NCBI GenBank assembly: GCA_963813715.1
Contig: CAWFAK010000017.1
Coordinates: 96,001 to 160,000, forward strand
Direction of reading: 5' to 3'
DNA: 64,000 nt
From: an uncultured Planctomycetaceae bacterium
GTDB taxonomy: Bacteria; Planctomycetota; Planctomycetia; Planctomycetales; Planctomycetaceae
Each line of letters begins with the position of its first letter. Within the stretch, counting starts at the first letter, position 1. The position numbers and the translations under genes are program-made. The notes under the pieces were generated by a model. That model was given only the letters and a program-made list of their open reading frames with translations, ran no database searches and was not told where the DNA came from. Below, one piece after another: positions 54,021 to 64,000 of the stretch.

Positions 54021-56606
54021 ATGCCTCGCAAATCTGACACTCCCGCCGTACCTCCGGCTTCGGCTGCGCCCTCGGCCGCGTAGCTCCGCCCCCCCGTCGA
54101 CGGTCAGCCGGCCGCGGCTCCGACGCGGCGAATCGCCCAAGCTCTGGAGCAGTACGAGTGCGGGCCCGTTCGCTTCTCCGGCGACGAGAATGCCTCGTAC
54201 GAGCGGCACCTGGTCTACGATAACGTCGTCGATCCCGAGGACGCCGAGCCGCGGCAAAAATTCGAGGCGGTGGCCCGTTCGCTGCGCGACCTGTTGTCGC
54301 AGCGATGGATCAAAACGTCCGACACGTACGATCGGGCGAACCCCAAGCGCGTCTATTACCTGTCGATGGAGTTCTTGATCGGCCGCTCGCTCACCAACAA
54401 CATTCACAACTTGCTGGTCGAGCCGATCGCACAGGAGGCGATGAAGCGGGAGAAACTGGACCTGATGGAGCTGGCCGAAAGCGAGCCCGACGCCGGCTTG
54501 GGCAACGGCGGCCTGGGTCGCCTCGCCGCGTGCTATCTCGATTCCATGGCGACGCTGCAGCTGCCGGCAATCGGCTACGGTCTGCGTTACGAGTACGGCA
54601 TCTTTCGCCAGGAAATTCGCGACGGCTTTCAGGTCGAGAGCCCCGACAACTGGCTGCGTCAGCCCGATCCGTGGGAGGTCCCCCGCCCCTCCGAGCAGGT
54701 GGAAGTCTGGTCGAACGCCCGGCTCCGCATTCAAAACGGCGTCGCGAAGATCGTCGGCGACGCGCCGCATTCGCTCTTTGCCATTCCCTACGATCGCCCG
54801 GTCGTCGGCTACGGCGGCAAGACGATCAACACTCTCCGCTTGTGGCAAGCCGTCCACCCCGACTACTTCGACCTTCGCGAGTTCGATCGAGGCGACTTCT
54901 TCGCCGCCGTGCACGACAAGGTGGCGGCCGAGAACCTCACCCGCGTCCTCTATCCGGACGATTCCACCTCCGCCGGCCGACGCCTGCGGTTCGCTCAGGA
55001 GTATTTTCTCGTCGCGGCGTCGCTGGCCGACATCATCCGCCGCTTCCGCCGCTTCAACAGCGACTGGCATGCCCTGCCCGACAAAGTGGCGATCCAGCTC
55101 AACGACACGCACCCGTCGCTGGCCGTCGCCGAACTGATGCGAATCCTCCTCGACGTCGCCCGCCTGGGTTGGGACGAGTCGTGGGATCTCACCGTGCGGA
55201 CCCTCGCCTACACCAATCACACGCTCTTGCCCGAGGCGCTCGAAAAGTGGCCCGTCGAGGTGTTCGAGCTGATCGTGCCGCGGCATCTGGAGATCGTCTA
55301 CGAGATCAATCGGCGATTCCTCGACGATGTCGCCGCTCAGCACCCCAACGACGACGATCGCGTCCGCCGCATGAGCCTGATCGAAGAAACGCCCGTCCGG
55401 CAGGTCCGCATGGCCCACCTGGCGATCCTCGGCAGCCACAGCACGAACGGCGTCGCGGCGCTCCACTCGGAACTTCTGCGCACGCACACTGTCCGCGACT
55501 TCGCCGAGATGTTCCCCGAGCGGTTCAACAACAAGACCAACGGCGTCACGCCCCGCCGTTGGCTCGAGCTGGCCAACCCGGCGCTCGCCGCCGTGATTAA
55601 AGAGGCGATCGGCGATGGCTGGGTCGGCGACCTCTCGCAGCTCACCAAGCTCGCGCCGCTGGGCAATGACAAGGCGTTTCGCGACCGAGTCCGGCAGGCC
55701 AAGCGAACGGCGAAAGCCAACTTCGCCAAGTGGCTGCAAACTTCGACGGGCCAGGTCGTCGATCCCGACACGATCTTCGACAGCCAGATCAAGCGGATTC
55801 ACGAGTACAAGCGGCAGCTGCTGAACGCGCTGCACGTGATCGTGCTCTACAACCGCCTTCGCCACGATCCCAAGTTCGATCCGCCGCCGCGGACCGTGTT
55901 TTTCGCCGGCAAGGCGGCACCCGCCTACGCGCTGGCCAAGCTGATCATCAAGTTCATCAACAACGTGGCCGCGACGATCGACGGCGACCCGGCCGCCCGC
56001 GGCAAACTTCGCGTCGTCTTCATTCCCGATTACAACGTCAGCATTGCCGAGCGGCTGATCCCCGCCAGCGACATCTCCGAACAAATCTCGACGGCCGGCT
56101 ACGAGGCCAGCGGCACCAGCAACATGAAATTCATGATGAACGGTGCGCTCACCGTCGGCACCCGCGACGGCGCCACGATCGAAATGGCCCAGGCGGCCGG
56201 CGAGGACAACTTCTTCCTCTTCGGACTGACGGCCGAAGAGGTCGCCGCGCGGCGGGGCCACTACGATCCGCACTGGCACTACGACAACGAGCCCGAGACG
56301 CGAGAGGCCCTCGACCTGATTTCTTCCGATCACTTCAGCCGCTACGAGCCGGGAATCTTCGCCCCCATCCACGAAACGCTGCTGGAGCACGGCGACTTTT
56401 ACATGCACCTGGCCGACCTCACCGCCTACGTGAAGACGCAGACGGCGGCCGGTGCCCTGTATGCCGACGCGGACGCCTGGTTCCGCAAAGTTGTGGCCAA
56501 CATCGCCAACTCGGGCCGCTTCTCCAGCGACCGGGCCATTCAAGAATACGCCGCGGAAATCTGGCACGCACACCCCTGCGCGGTGCCGGCCGCTCCGCCG
56601 TCATAA
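54021..56606 (+). CDS. glgP: Glycogen/starch/alpha-glucan phosphorylase (N-terminus disturbed by indels near 54080-54140)
   Basis: YYLSMEFLIGR, GLGNGGLGRLAAC, QLNDTHP, YTNHTLLPEALE, KRIHEYKRQLLN, EASGTSNMK (PLP Lys). Confidence 0.97.
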
Positions 56607-56658
56607 GAGCGAGTCTGTCGCCAGCGGACCCGTGACGCACCTTTAAGAAGGACACATC

Positions 56659-57186
56659 ATGAGACGGTTGACTGCCTTGCTGGCTCTCGTGGGGCTGATT
56701 TCCGGCGTGGTTGCCTGGATGACGCCGGCGTCGGGACTGGCCGAGGGGGAGGCCGCCCCGATTTTCGTAGACAAGGTCCCCGAAGGATATCGCGACTGGA
56801 AGTTGATTTCTGTCGCCCACGAAGAAGGGAATCTTCACAGTTTCGCCGCCGTGTTGGGTAACGACGTCGCGCTCAAGGCAGCTCGCGAGGGGACGCTGCC
56901 GTATCCCGATGGCGCGATCGTTGCTGCCTTGCACTGGCATCACGTTCCGTCAGAGGAAAACAACAAGATCTTTGGACGTTCCCAATCGTTCGTTGCCGGC
57001 GCTCCCACGAGCGTTCAGTTCATGGTCAAGGACTCGAAAAAGTACGCCGCGACGGGAGGCTGGGGTTTCGGTCATTTCAATGGCCGCGAGGAGAAACCTG
57101 CCGCAGTGGCGCTGCTTCAAACGTGCTTTCCTTGCCATCAGAAGATCAAATCTCGCGACTTGGTCTTCACCCGGTACGCGCCTTGA
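56659..57186 (+). CDS. Cytochrome P460-family periplasmic c-type cytochrome
   Basis: Signal peptide; [38 protein letters not shown]-terminal CFPCH, DLVFTRY. Confidence 0.88.
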   Translation: MRRLTALLALVGLISGVVAWMTPASGLAEGEAAPIFVDKVPEGYRDWKLISVAHEEGNLHSFAAVLGNDVALKAAREGTLPYPDGAIVAALHWHHVPSEENNKIFGRSQSFVAGAPTSVQFMVKDSKKYAATGGWGFGHFNGREEKPAAVALLQTCFPCHQKIKSRDLVFTRYAP

Positions 57187-57206
57187 CGGCTGCGTCAGGA
57201 GGACAC

Positions 57207-58847
57207 GTGTCTCTTTCGCCTCTGGCCGGCAAAGCGGCCCCGCAAAGCTTGCTCATCGACGTCGCCGCGCTCGAGCGCGAATACGCCACTCGCACTCCCG
57301 ATCTCGCCGACCCGAATCAAAAGGTGAGCTTCGGCACGAGCGGCCACCGCGGCACGCCGCGCAACGGCTCTTTCACCGACGCGCACATCGCCGCCATCAC
57401 GCAAGCCATTTGCGAATACCGCCACGAGCAGAAGATCGACGGCCCCGTTTACATGGGGAAGGACACGCACGCCCTCTCCGGCCCCGCCCAGCGCACGGCG
57501 CTCGAAGTGCTGGCCGCGAACGACGTCGAGACGATCATCCAGCGCGACGACGGCGTCACGCCGACCCCCGTCATCTCGCGGGCGATCATTGTCTACAACC
57601 GCGGCAGGAAAGAGCGCCTGGCCGACGGCATCATCATCACCCCCTCGCACAATCCGCCTGAGGACGGCGGCTTTAAGTACAACCCGCCCAACGGCGGCCC
57701 GGCCGACACCGACGTCACCAGCTGGATCGAGAACCGCGCCAACGCCCTCTTGCGTGAGAGAAACGCGGGCGTCAAACGCGTTCCGTTTTCCTCCGCGATC
57801 AAAGCCGCCACGACGCATCAGGAAGATTTTTGCCTCCCGTACGTGCAGGATCTCAAGAACGTCGTCGACATGGCGGCGATCAAGAGCGCCGGCCTGAAGC
57901 TGGGCGTCGATCCGCTCGGCGGCGCGGCCGTCCATTACTGGGGACCGATCTGCGAAATCTACGGCCTCGACGTCACCGTCACGAACCCGGCCGTCGATCC
58001 GACGTTCTCCTTCATGACGGTCGACCACGACGGCAAGATCCGGATGGATTGCTCCAGCCCTTACGCAATGGCCCGGCTCGTCGGCCTCAAGGACAAATTC
58101 CGCGTCGCTTTTGCCAACGACCCCGATTCCGATCGCCACGGCATCGTCAGCCCGTCGGTCGGCCTGCTCAATCCGAACCACTTCCTGGCGGTCGCCATCG
58201 ACTACCTGCTCGCGCATCGCCCCAATTGGCCACAGGCCGCGGCCGTCGGCAAAACGCTCGTCAGCAGCAGCCTGATCGATCGCGTCGTCGCTCGACAGCA
58301 GCGCCGCCTCAACGAAGTCCCCGTCGGCTTTAAATGGTTCGCCCCGGGACTTTTCGACGGCACCTGCTGCTTCGGCGGCGAGGAGAGCGCCGGCGCGAGC
58401 TTTCTGCGGCTCGACGGCACGGTCTGGACCACCGACAAGGACGGCCCGATCATGGATCTCCTGGCGGCCGAGATCACCGCCGTCACCGGCAAAGACCCCG
58501 GCGAACACGTGACGCGGCTCACAGCCGAGTTCGGCACCCCCTACTACACCCGCATCGACGCCCCGGCCACGCCCGAGCAAAAGGCAAAACTCAAGAACCT
58601 CTCGCCCGAAGCAGTTCGCACCGAGACGCTGGCCGGCGAACCGATCGTCGCTCGCCTGACGCGGGCGCCTGGCAACAACGCGCCGATCGGCGGCCTCAAG
58701 GTCACCACCAAAACCGGCTGGTTCGCCGCCCGCCCCTCCGGCACCGAAAACGTCTACAAGATCTACGCCGAAAGTTTCACGAGCCAGAGCAGGCTCGACC
58801 AGATCGTCGCCGAAGCCCAACAAATCGTGAACGCCGCCCTCGCGTGA
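57207..58847 (+). CDS. pgm: Phosphoglucomutase (glucose-1,6-bisphosphate-dependent)
   Basis: AGGAGG then GTG 57207; [15 protein letters not shown] (phospho-Ser), [20 protein letters not shown]. Confidence 0.96.
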   Translation: MSLSPLAGKAAPQSLLIDVAALEREYATRTPDLADPNQKVSFGTSGHRGTPRNGSFTDAHIAAITQAICEYRHEQKIDGPVYMGKDTHALSGPAQRTALEVLAANDVETIIQRDDGVTPTPVISRAIIVYNRGRKERLADGIIITPSHNPPEDGGFKYNPPNGGPADTDVTSWIENRANALLRERNAGVKRVPFSSAIKAATTHQEDFCLPYVQDLKNVVDMAAIKSAGLKLGVDPLGGAAVHYWGPICEIYGLDVTVTNPAVDPTFSFMTVDHDGKIRMDCSSPYAMARLVGLKDKFRVAFANDPDSDRHGIVSPSVGLLNPNHFLAVAIDYLLAHRPNWPQAAAVGKTLVSSSLIDRVVARQQRRLNEVPVGFKWFAPGLFDGTCCFGGEESAGASFLRLDGTVWTTDKDGPIMDLLAAEITAVTGKDPGEHVTRLTAEFGTPYYTRIDAPATPEQKAKLKNLSPEAVRTETLAGEPIVARLTRAPGNNAPIGGLKVTTKTGWFAARPSGTENVYKIYAESFTSQSRLDQIVAEAQQIVNAALA

Positions 58848-58912
58848 CCGCTCCGCGGTTTGGCATTTTGAACATATAGCCGGCTCCAATCGCACCTTCC
58901 GCGAGACGCCGA

Positions 58913-59576
58913 ATGGCACGAGAAAAAGTCGTCTTCCTCGTCGACATCGACAACACGCTCCTGGACAACGACCGCATCCAGGCCGACCTCAAGGAGCACA
59001 TCGAACGCGAATTCGGCCCCGGCCCGCGCGACCGCTATTGGGCGATTCTGGAACGCCTGTTCGACACGCTCGGCTACCGCGACTACCTGGGCGCCCTGCA
59101 GCAATACCGCGTCGAAAACCCGCACGAAGTGAAGCTCTTGGCCCTGTCGTTCTGGCTGGTCGACTACCCGTTCGCCAAAGTTCTCTACCCCGGAGCGCTC
59201 GAAGTCCTGACAGCGCCTCAAGTCCCACGCACCGACGGTGATACTCTCCGACGGCGACGTCGTCTTCCAGCCCCGCAAAGCCCAGCAAGCGGGCATCTGG
59301 GCCACCGTCGACGGCCACGTGCTGATCTACATCCACAAGGAACAAGAGCTGGAAGACGTCGAACGCCGCTACCCGGCCGACCACTACGTCCTGATCGACG
59401 ACAAGCCGCGGATCCTCACCGCCGTCAAAAAAATCTGGGGCCCCCGCGTGACCACCGTCTTCCCCAAGCAGGGAATGTACGCCCACGATGCCGAGGCGCT
59501 CGCCGCCAATCCGTCGCCCGATGTCACGATCGACCACCTCGGCGACCTACTCTCGCTCAATCTGGCGAGGCTGTGA
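58913..59576 (+). CDS. HAD-superfamily hydrolase; frameshift near 59220
   Basis: FLVDIDNTLLD motif I, ILSDGD motif II, YIHKE, VLIDDK motif IV (ORF 59238..59576). Confidence 0.88.
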
Positions 59577-59620
59577 GGCCGGCGACAATCTCTGCCCGAC
59601 CGAGCGCGCGAGCGGCGAGA

Positions 59621-60775
59621 TCAGATTCCCGTCGAAGTGCCGGCCGGGGCCTTCGTCGGCGCGGGGCCGTGGGACGGCGTGGAGGAGGGAGGTTGAGGCT
59701 TGCAAGCCGCTTCAAACTTCTCCAGCGACCGCTGCAATATCGACCCCAGCCCTCGTTGAAACGGGGCATTCTCTTGTGTCTGCTCCAGGGCCTCCTTTTC
59801 GAGCGTCACGGCTTCCTGGGGATTGCCGGTTTGGAAATGCGCTTCTGCCGCCGTGTCCAGAAACTCAGCCGAGCGACGCAGTGTGATGGCGTGTGTCGCC
59901 AATTCGAAGCCACGCTGGGGATTGTGGACGGCAGGGTCCTTCGTCGTCAGATAGAGCCACGCCAAATTGTTCAGCGTCAGCGCATCCTCCGGCTGATACG
60001 CCAGAAGCAGTTCGTAGGCCAGGCTGGCTTTTTGATCGTTCTGCAAGCGCGCTTCCGACACAGCCCAATTGCGGAGGAGTGCCTCTTTCGGCGGTTGACT
60101 TTCTACGACTCTGGGCTTCTCCCGCGCCGCTTGCTCGGGGCTGACGTCCTTGCGCGGGGGGCTGACGTCCTTGCCATTACGCTGGACGAACTTCTCGACC
60201 GGGCTGTAAGACGCGTAACCGGCAAAGAAGAGCGCAACTGCGGCAAAAATCTCGAGAGTCAGGCGGCGTCCGCGGCGCGAGTTCGAGTCGGCTGGCTGGA
60301 CAGCCACCGACAGAAACGGCCCCTCGTCCGCAAATTCGTTCGCCAACGGTTCCGCATCCCAGAGCCCATCCGCCGCGGCAAGAGGCGGTGCCTCCCACGC
60401 CGGGTCGGCGGCGATCGGCACCTTCGTGATCGTCGAGCGAGCCACGTTCTCCGAGATGGTCCGCAGGTCGCGCTGGACCTGCTCGGACAATTCGAGCCGC
60501 GCCTCGACTGGCATCGCAGCCAGCCGGCTGGTCACGTCTTCCAGCCGCACAATCGTCTCGCGGACGCCCACGTCCTCGCTATTCGGATCGCCATAACGGG
60601 CGGCGTAAAATCCAATGCTCAACTGCTCGGCGGTTGCGGCGTCGATGACCCCTCGAGCCACGAGGACCGTCACGTACTCGCTGAAGAGCACGTTCGCGGG
60701 ACGGCCCAGACCGAAGGCCGCCAATTCCGAAAGACGCATTTCCAGTGCGTTCGACGCTCCAACACTTGCTGCCAT
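59621..60775 (-). CDS. Membrane-anchored TPR-containing protein
   Basis: TM LEIFAAVALFFAGY; PEDALTLNNLAWLYLT and FLDTAAEAHFQTG TPR-like helices. Confidence 0.75.
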   Translation of the reverse strand: MAASVGASNALEMRLSELAAFGLGRPANVLFSEYVTVLVARGVIDAATAEQLSIGFYAARYGDPNSEDVGVRETIVRLEDVTSRLAAMPVEARLELSEQVQRDLRTISENVARSTITKVPIAADPAWEAPPLAAADGLWDAEPLANEFADEGPFLSVAVQPADSNSRRGRRLTLEIFAAVALFFAGYASYSPVEKFVQRNGKDVSPPRKDVSPEQAAREKPRVVESQPPKEALLRNWAVSEARLQNDQKASLAYELLLAYQPEDALTLNNLAWLYLTTKDPAVHNPQRGFELATHAITLRRSAEFLDTAAEAHFQTGNPQEAVTLEKEALEQTQENAPFQRGLGSILQRSLEKFEAACKPQPPSSTPSHGPAPTKAPAGTSTGI

Positions 60776-61323
60776 GCACGCGACTCCCGATTGTGCGGTC
60801 GAAATCGTGTTGCGCTGGTTTTAGCTTCGCGGCCGAAAAAAATCGACCACCAGAGGGTCAAGCGCGTTGCCGAAGCCCAGACAAATATTTTGCCATCTCC
60901 CGGGTCGTAAACCACGCCAAGGGCTCAATGTTTTGCGTTTCTGCGGCACTTTCTGAGCTGTCCTGTGAGTCTGCTCACAATTTCGCAGCGCTGGGGCTTC
61001 GCTGCGCACTTAAGGAAATCTGGATTCAGCGTCATCCGGCAGAGCGACCCGAGTGTCCCGCACCGGCTTGAAATGCCCAGCGCGTCTTGCGATGCTGCCG
61101 GCGCTACTCTCGAAGCAATCCAGCAGGAACGCTCGTGCGAGAACTGAATCAACTGCGAATGCCGTCGTCGATCAGGCTGGGGGAGGACGCCTGAGCCAGC
61201 CGCAAGAGGCGGCCGACGGCGAGAATCTCGTTCGCTCTTGAACCTCTTGTCGCGGCGCGAGACAGAGCGAAAGATCGACGCCCGAAACGTGGCAACGGCG
61301 CTGGGCGGCGGAGATTTTGATCG

Positions 61324-61743
61324 ATGGATGTTCCTGCACGGCACCTGTTGTTGCATGCGGTGATCGTCTACCTCGTCGGCCTCCTCGCGGGGTTCCCGTA
61401 CGGTGCCGCGATCAATCGCGGCGACTCTGAGGAGCGGATCCGAGCGTGGCGACTGGCGCATGGGAGCCTGGTCGTTGGGGCGACAATGATGGTCGCGATC
61501 GCCGCCGTTCTTTCGCAGCTCAGCGTCGGGTCTCTCGCCCGCTGGTTGATCGCCGGTTCCTCGATCGCATCAGGCTATGGATTCGCCCTCGCCCTGCCAG
61601 TCGCCGCCTGGGTAGGCCAGCGTGGTCTTACGGCCTCCGGGCCGCTGTCGAACCGATTCGTCTTCGCGGGCAACAGCCTGGGAGTCTTGGCCTCCTTGCT
61701 CAGTGCCGTCGTTTTGCTCTATGCGTGCTGGATGTCCCTCTGA
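61324..61743 (+). CDS. Four-TM membrane protein, styrene-oxide-isomerase (StyC)-like
   Basis: LLHAVIVYLVGLLAG...AWRLAHGSL...QRGLT motif order recalls StyC-type proteins (from memory, not searched); GGAG RBS. Confidence 0.55.
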   Translation: MDVPARHLLLHAVIVYLVGLLAGFPYGAAINRGDSEERIRAWRLAHGSLVVGATMMVAIAAVLSQLSVGSLARWLIAGSSIASGYGFALALPVAAWVGQRGLTASGPLSNRFVFAGNSLGVLASLLSAVVLLYACWMSL

Positions 61744-61780
61744 CATCGAGGACCAGTCGAGCCTGCTGCGCCGCTCGCGC

Positions 61781-62580
61781 TTAAACCGTCGCCAGCTCGT
61801 GCGCCCCGGCGCCGCCGGAATATGCTGACGCAGCGCTTCCTCCAATTGCTCCCGCGCGCTTTCCGACAGCGACGGCAGGTCGTACGACATGCGCTGGGCA
61901 ACCGGCGTATTCGGGTACCGCACGTTCAAGTGCAGCGTCGACCCATTGTCGCGATCGCTGATGTGAAACCGCTCGATCTGGTCCCAGACGTAAATCCGCA
62001 TGGTGCGCAGCCGTGAATTTGGCTCGCGCACGTCACTCTTCGTCACCCAGGGACGCGTCGGATCGGTGAGGCGGAACAGTCCCTCGCCGGCGATCAGCAG
62101 ACGCCACGTCGAGTTCTTAAAGCCCACCCATTTCAAGGCGACGTATCCCAGCAACTCGAGAAAATGCCGGCTGATCTGCCAGACCGCCGCCGCTCTCGTG
62201 CCCGGCTCGGTATCGTCGAGGGTCGCGTAGGCGTAGGCACCGAACCCAATCAGAAGCACGCCACCCGCAAACTGGTACACCCTGCGGGTCCACCGGGGTG
62301 AAATGCTGCCGCTGTAACCGCACCCCACCAGCACCATGTCGATCGGCCCAATCTCGGACAGCCGCCACAGCCGAGTGCGAACGTGACCCAAGTGGACCAG
62401 GCCCGCCGCGCCTGCGCTGAGCGGCAAGGCGGCGAGTGCTCCCCACCACCCGAAAAACTCGGCCAAGATCGCTGCAACGAACAGGCTCAGCAGGAGCCAC
62501 ACCGCCCAATCGGCCGGATGTTCGTCAACGGCGGCAGTAGATTGCGGCGTCGCCATTTCGCGGCTCGTGCTCGTTCCCAT
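61781..62580 (-). CDS. Hypothetical membrane protein with about 4 TMs and a soluble C-domain; probable frameshift near 61805
   Basis: ORF 61570..62580 overlaps the convergent gene; a shifted frame gives AHELATV-TAA at 61781. Confidence 0.6.
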
Positions 62581-62763
62581 TCGTCAGACGCGTCGTTGAT
62601 TATAGCCAGCAGAGCGAGTGTCCTATCAAATCGAAGACATGCCCACGCGGAGCCGTGAGACTGTCGGGGATTCAGAGGGACGATTTTGCCCTCGTTCCCG
62701 AGCGGAGAACTATGGCACCCCGCTCTTAGTCTTGAGGCCCAACGGGCTGAGATCTTCTTTCCT

Positions 62764-62983
62764 GAGCCCCAGCGGGGCGACAGAGAATCGCCCAGGGTTA
62801 ACCCTGGGATCCTGGACGGCGGATTCCGTCCTGCGAGGGGCGGCAGTCTGTTAGCCCGACTCTCGCTGGCTCGTGGGAAAAAACTCTGTCGCCCCTGCCG
62901 GGGCTCGAAGATCTTTTGCAGGAAGGCTCGTGTTACCCAGGGTTGAAAACCCTGGGCTATTCTCTGTCGCCCCTTGGCGGGGC
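62764..62983. repeat. REP-like nested palindromes
   Basis: GAGCCCCAGCGGGGCGACAGAG (62764) inverted against CTCTGTCGCCCCTGCCGGGGCTC (62884) and CTCTGTCGCCCCTTGGCGGGGC (62962); CCCAGGGTT..AACCCTGGG x2. Confidence 0.8.
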
Positions 62984-63053
62984 GTAGATTCAGAATCGAT
63001 ACGCCAGCCCAGTCGCTGCCGACGCCGCGGGCGTCAGATCCTGGATTCCGCGG

Positions 63054-64000
63054 AAACTGATCTTGGACGAATCTCATTTTTGTGGCTGAATGGAGAGAGC
63101 GGATCTCGACGCGAGCGGTTTTGTGCGCGCGGATGGCGCCCGCTGGGACGAAAAAGGATCCCCGACGGGGTGGGGATCCTTTTTTCACACACATGGAGAA
63201 AAAGATCCCCGTCAGCGTCGGCGAGCCGAGCGGACCGGTCGAAATCCGGTCCGGACACTTTCGCCGACAGGGGCTAAGTACTTTCACGGGGGGTTGGGTC
63301 ACAATTGTTTTCTCTGTAGATGACACACGAGATTCGTGACCCACCGCCGATCGCACGTCGGGACGGGACACGCGGGAGTCCAAGGTCCAAAGTCCAAGTC
63401 CAAGGTCGAAGATCAGAGGCTCGCAATCCTGACTTTGGACTTTGGACCGGGGGACTTTGGACCAACACCGGGACGGGACACGTTGTTTCACCGAGAAATG
63501 CCCGAGGAATTGGCCCTCACCCCGGCCCTCTCCGGCTCGACTGGGCTCGCCGAAGTCCATCCGAGGCGGACGGGCGAGGGGATGGCTCGGAGCGAGACAG
63601 GACACGTCCGCGATCGGGTCCCAACGATCAATTCACTGACGGATTTGAACCACCAAGCCACTAGGATCACCAAGGCAGACAGAATCCGTTGGGGGTCACG
63701 TACTCCTTGGTGGCTTGGTGGTTAGAGATCCGGATTCAGTCCAGACGGGACGGGACACGTTGTTTCACCGAGAAATGCCCGAAGAAAACGGCCCTCACCC
63801 CAACCCTCTCCCACCCGAAGCGGGCGGGCGAGGGGGAAGACTGGGACGGGACACGGGACCGGGACGGGACACTTTCGATCGAGTCCAAGGTCCAAGGTCG
63901 AAGATCAGAGGCTCGCAATCCTGACTTTGGGCTTTGGACCGCGGGACTTTGGACCAACACCGGGACGGGACACGTTGTTTCACCGAGAAAATCCCGGCGA
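63054..64000. repeat. Dense mosaic of direct and inverted repeats
   Basis: 30-bp CGGGACGGGACACGTTGTTTCACCGAGAAA exact x3 (63469, 63746, 63961); about 100-bp unit x2 (63398, 63890); GTCCAAG/CTTTGGAC heptamers; CCCTCACCCC..CCCTCTCC...GGGCGAGGG x2; AACCACCAAGCCAC / GTGGCTTGGTGGTT inverted pair. Confidence 0.9.

Noticed and set aside
58913..60910. 665-aa ORF as a long HAD fusion
   Set aside because: After about 59220 it is off-frame and then antisense to the TPR gene; the HAD motifs finish in ORF 59238..59576.
63469..63990. CRISPR array from the three exact 30-bp repeats
   Set aside because: Intervals are 185 and 247 bp, unequal and made of other repeats; no cas genes in the window.

Overview
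GC-rich bacterial window, probably from a planctomycete (inferred from gene families and repeat types). It carries about 30 single-base indels that split otherwise normal genes, most likely long-read or assembly errors. I see no rRNA, tRNA, CRISPR array or transposase. Layout: (1) 1-16 kb: mostly secreted or envelope proteins (VOC, Kelch propeller, orphan HExxH protein, GH51, PilZ-TM-thioredoxin fusion, C25 and S41 peptidases, YtrA-like GntR/ABC operon, redoxin, AraC) plus an FHA-Ser/Thr kinase. (2) 16-26 kb: a CzcA-type RND efflux operon with a predicted sigma54 promoter, a downstream NtrC-type activator, a divergent His-rich microprotein and a PAS kinase. (3) 30.3-47.8 kb, the most striking part: an operon of eight secreted paralogues made of carboxypeptidase-regulatory-like beta-sandwich repeats, all ending in an RPVDLGVLTL-type motif. 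They are arranged as D-D'-[A-B-C]-[A'-B'-C'], with relics of two more copies, and three tandem paralogous single-TM microproteins (HRERMAKIGMGIDPD) lie just upstream. (4) 49-59.6 kb: tkt-xfp-glgP-cytochrome P460-like-pgm-HAD carbon cluster. (5) Intergenic regions at 3.35-3.85 kb and 62.7-64 kb are mosaics of shared palindromic modules in shuffled order.
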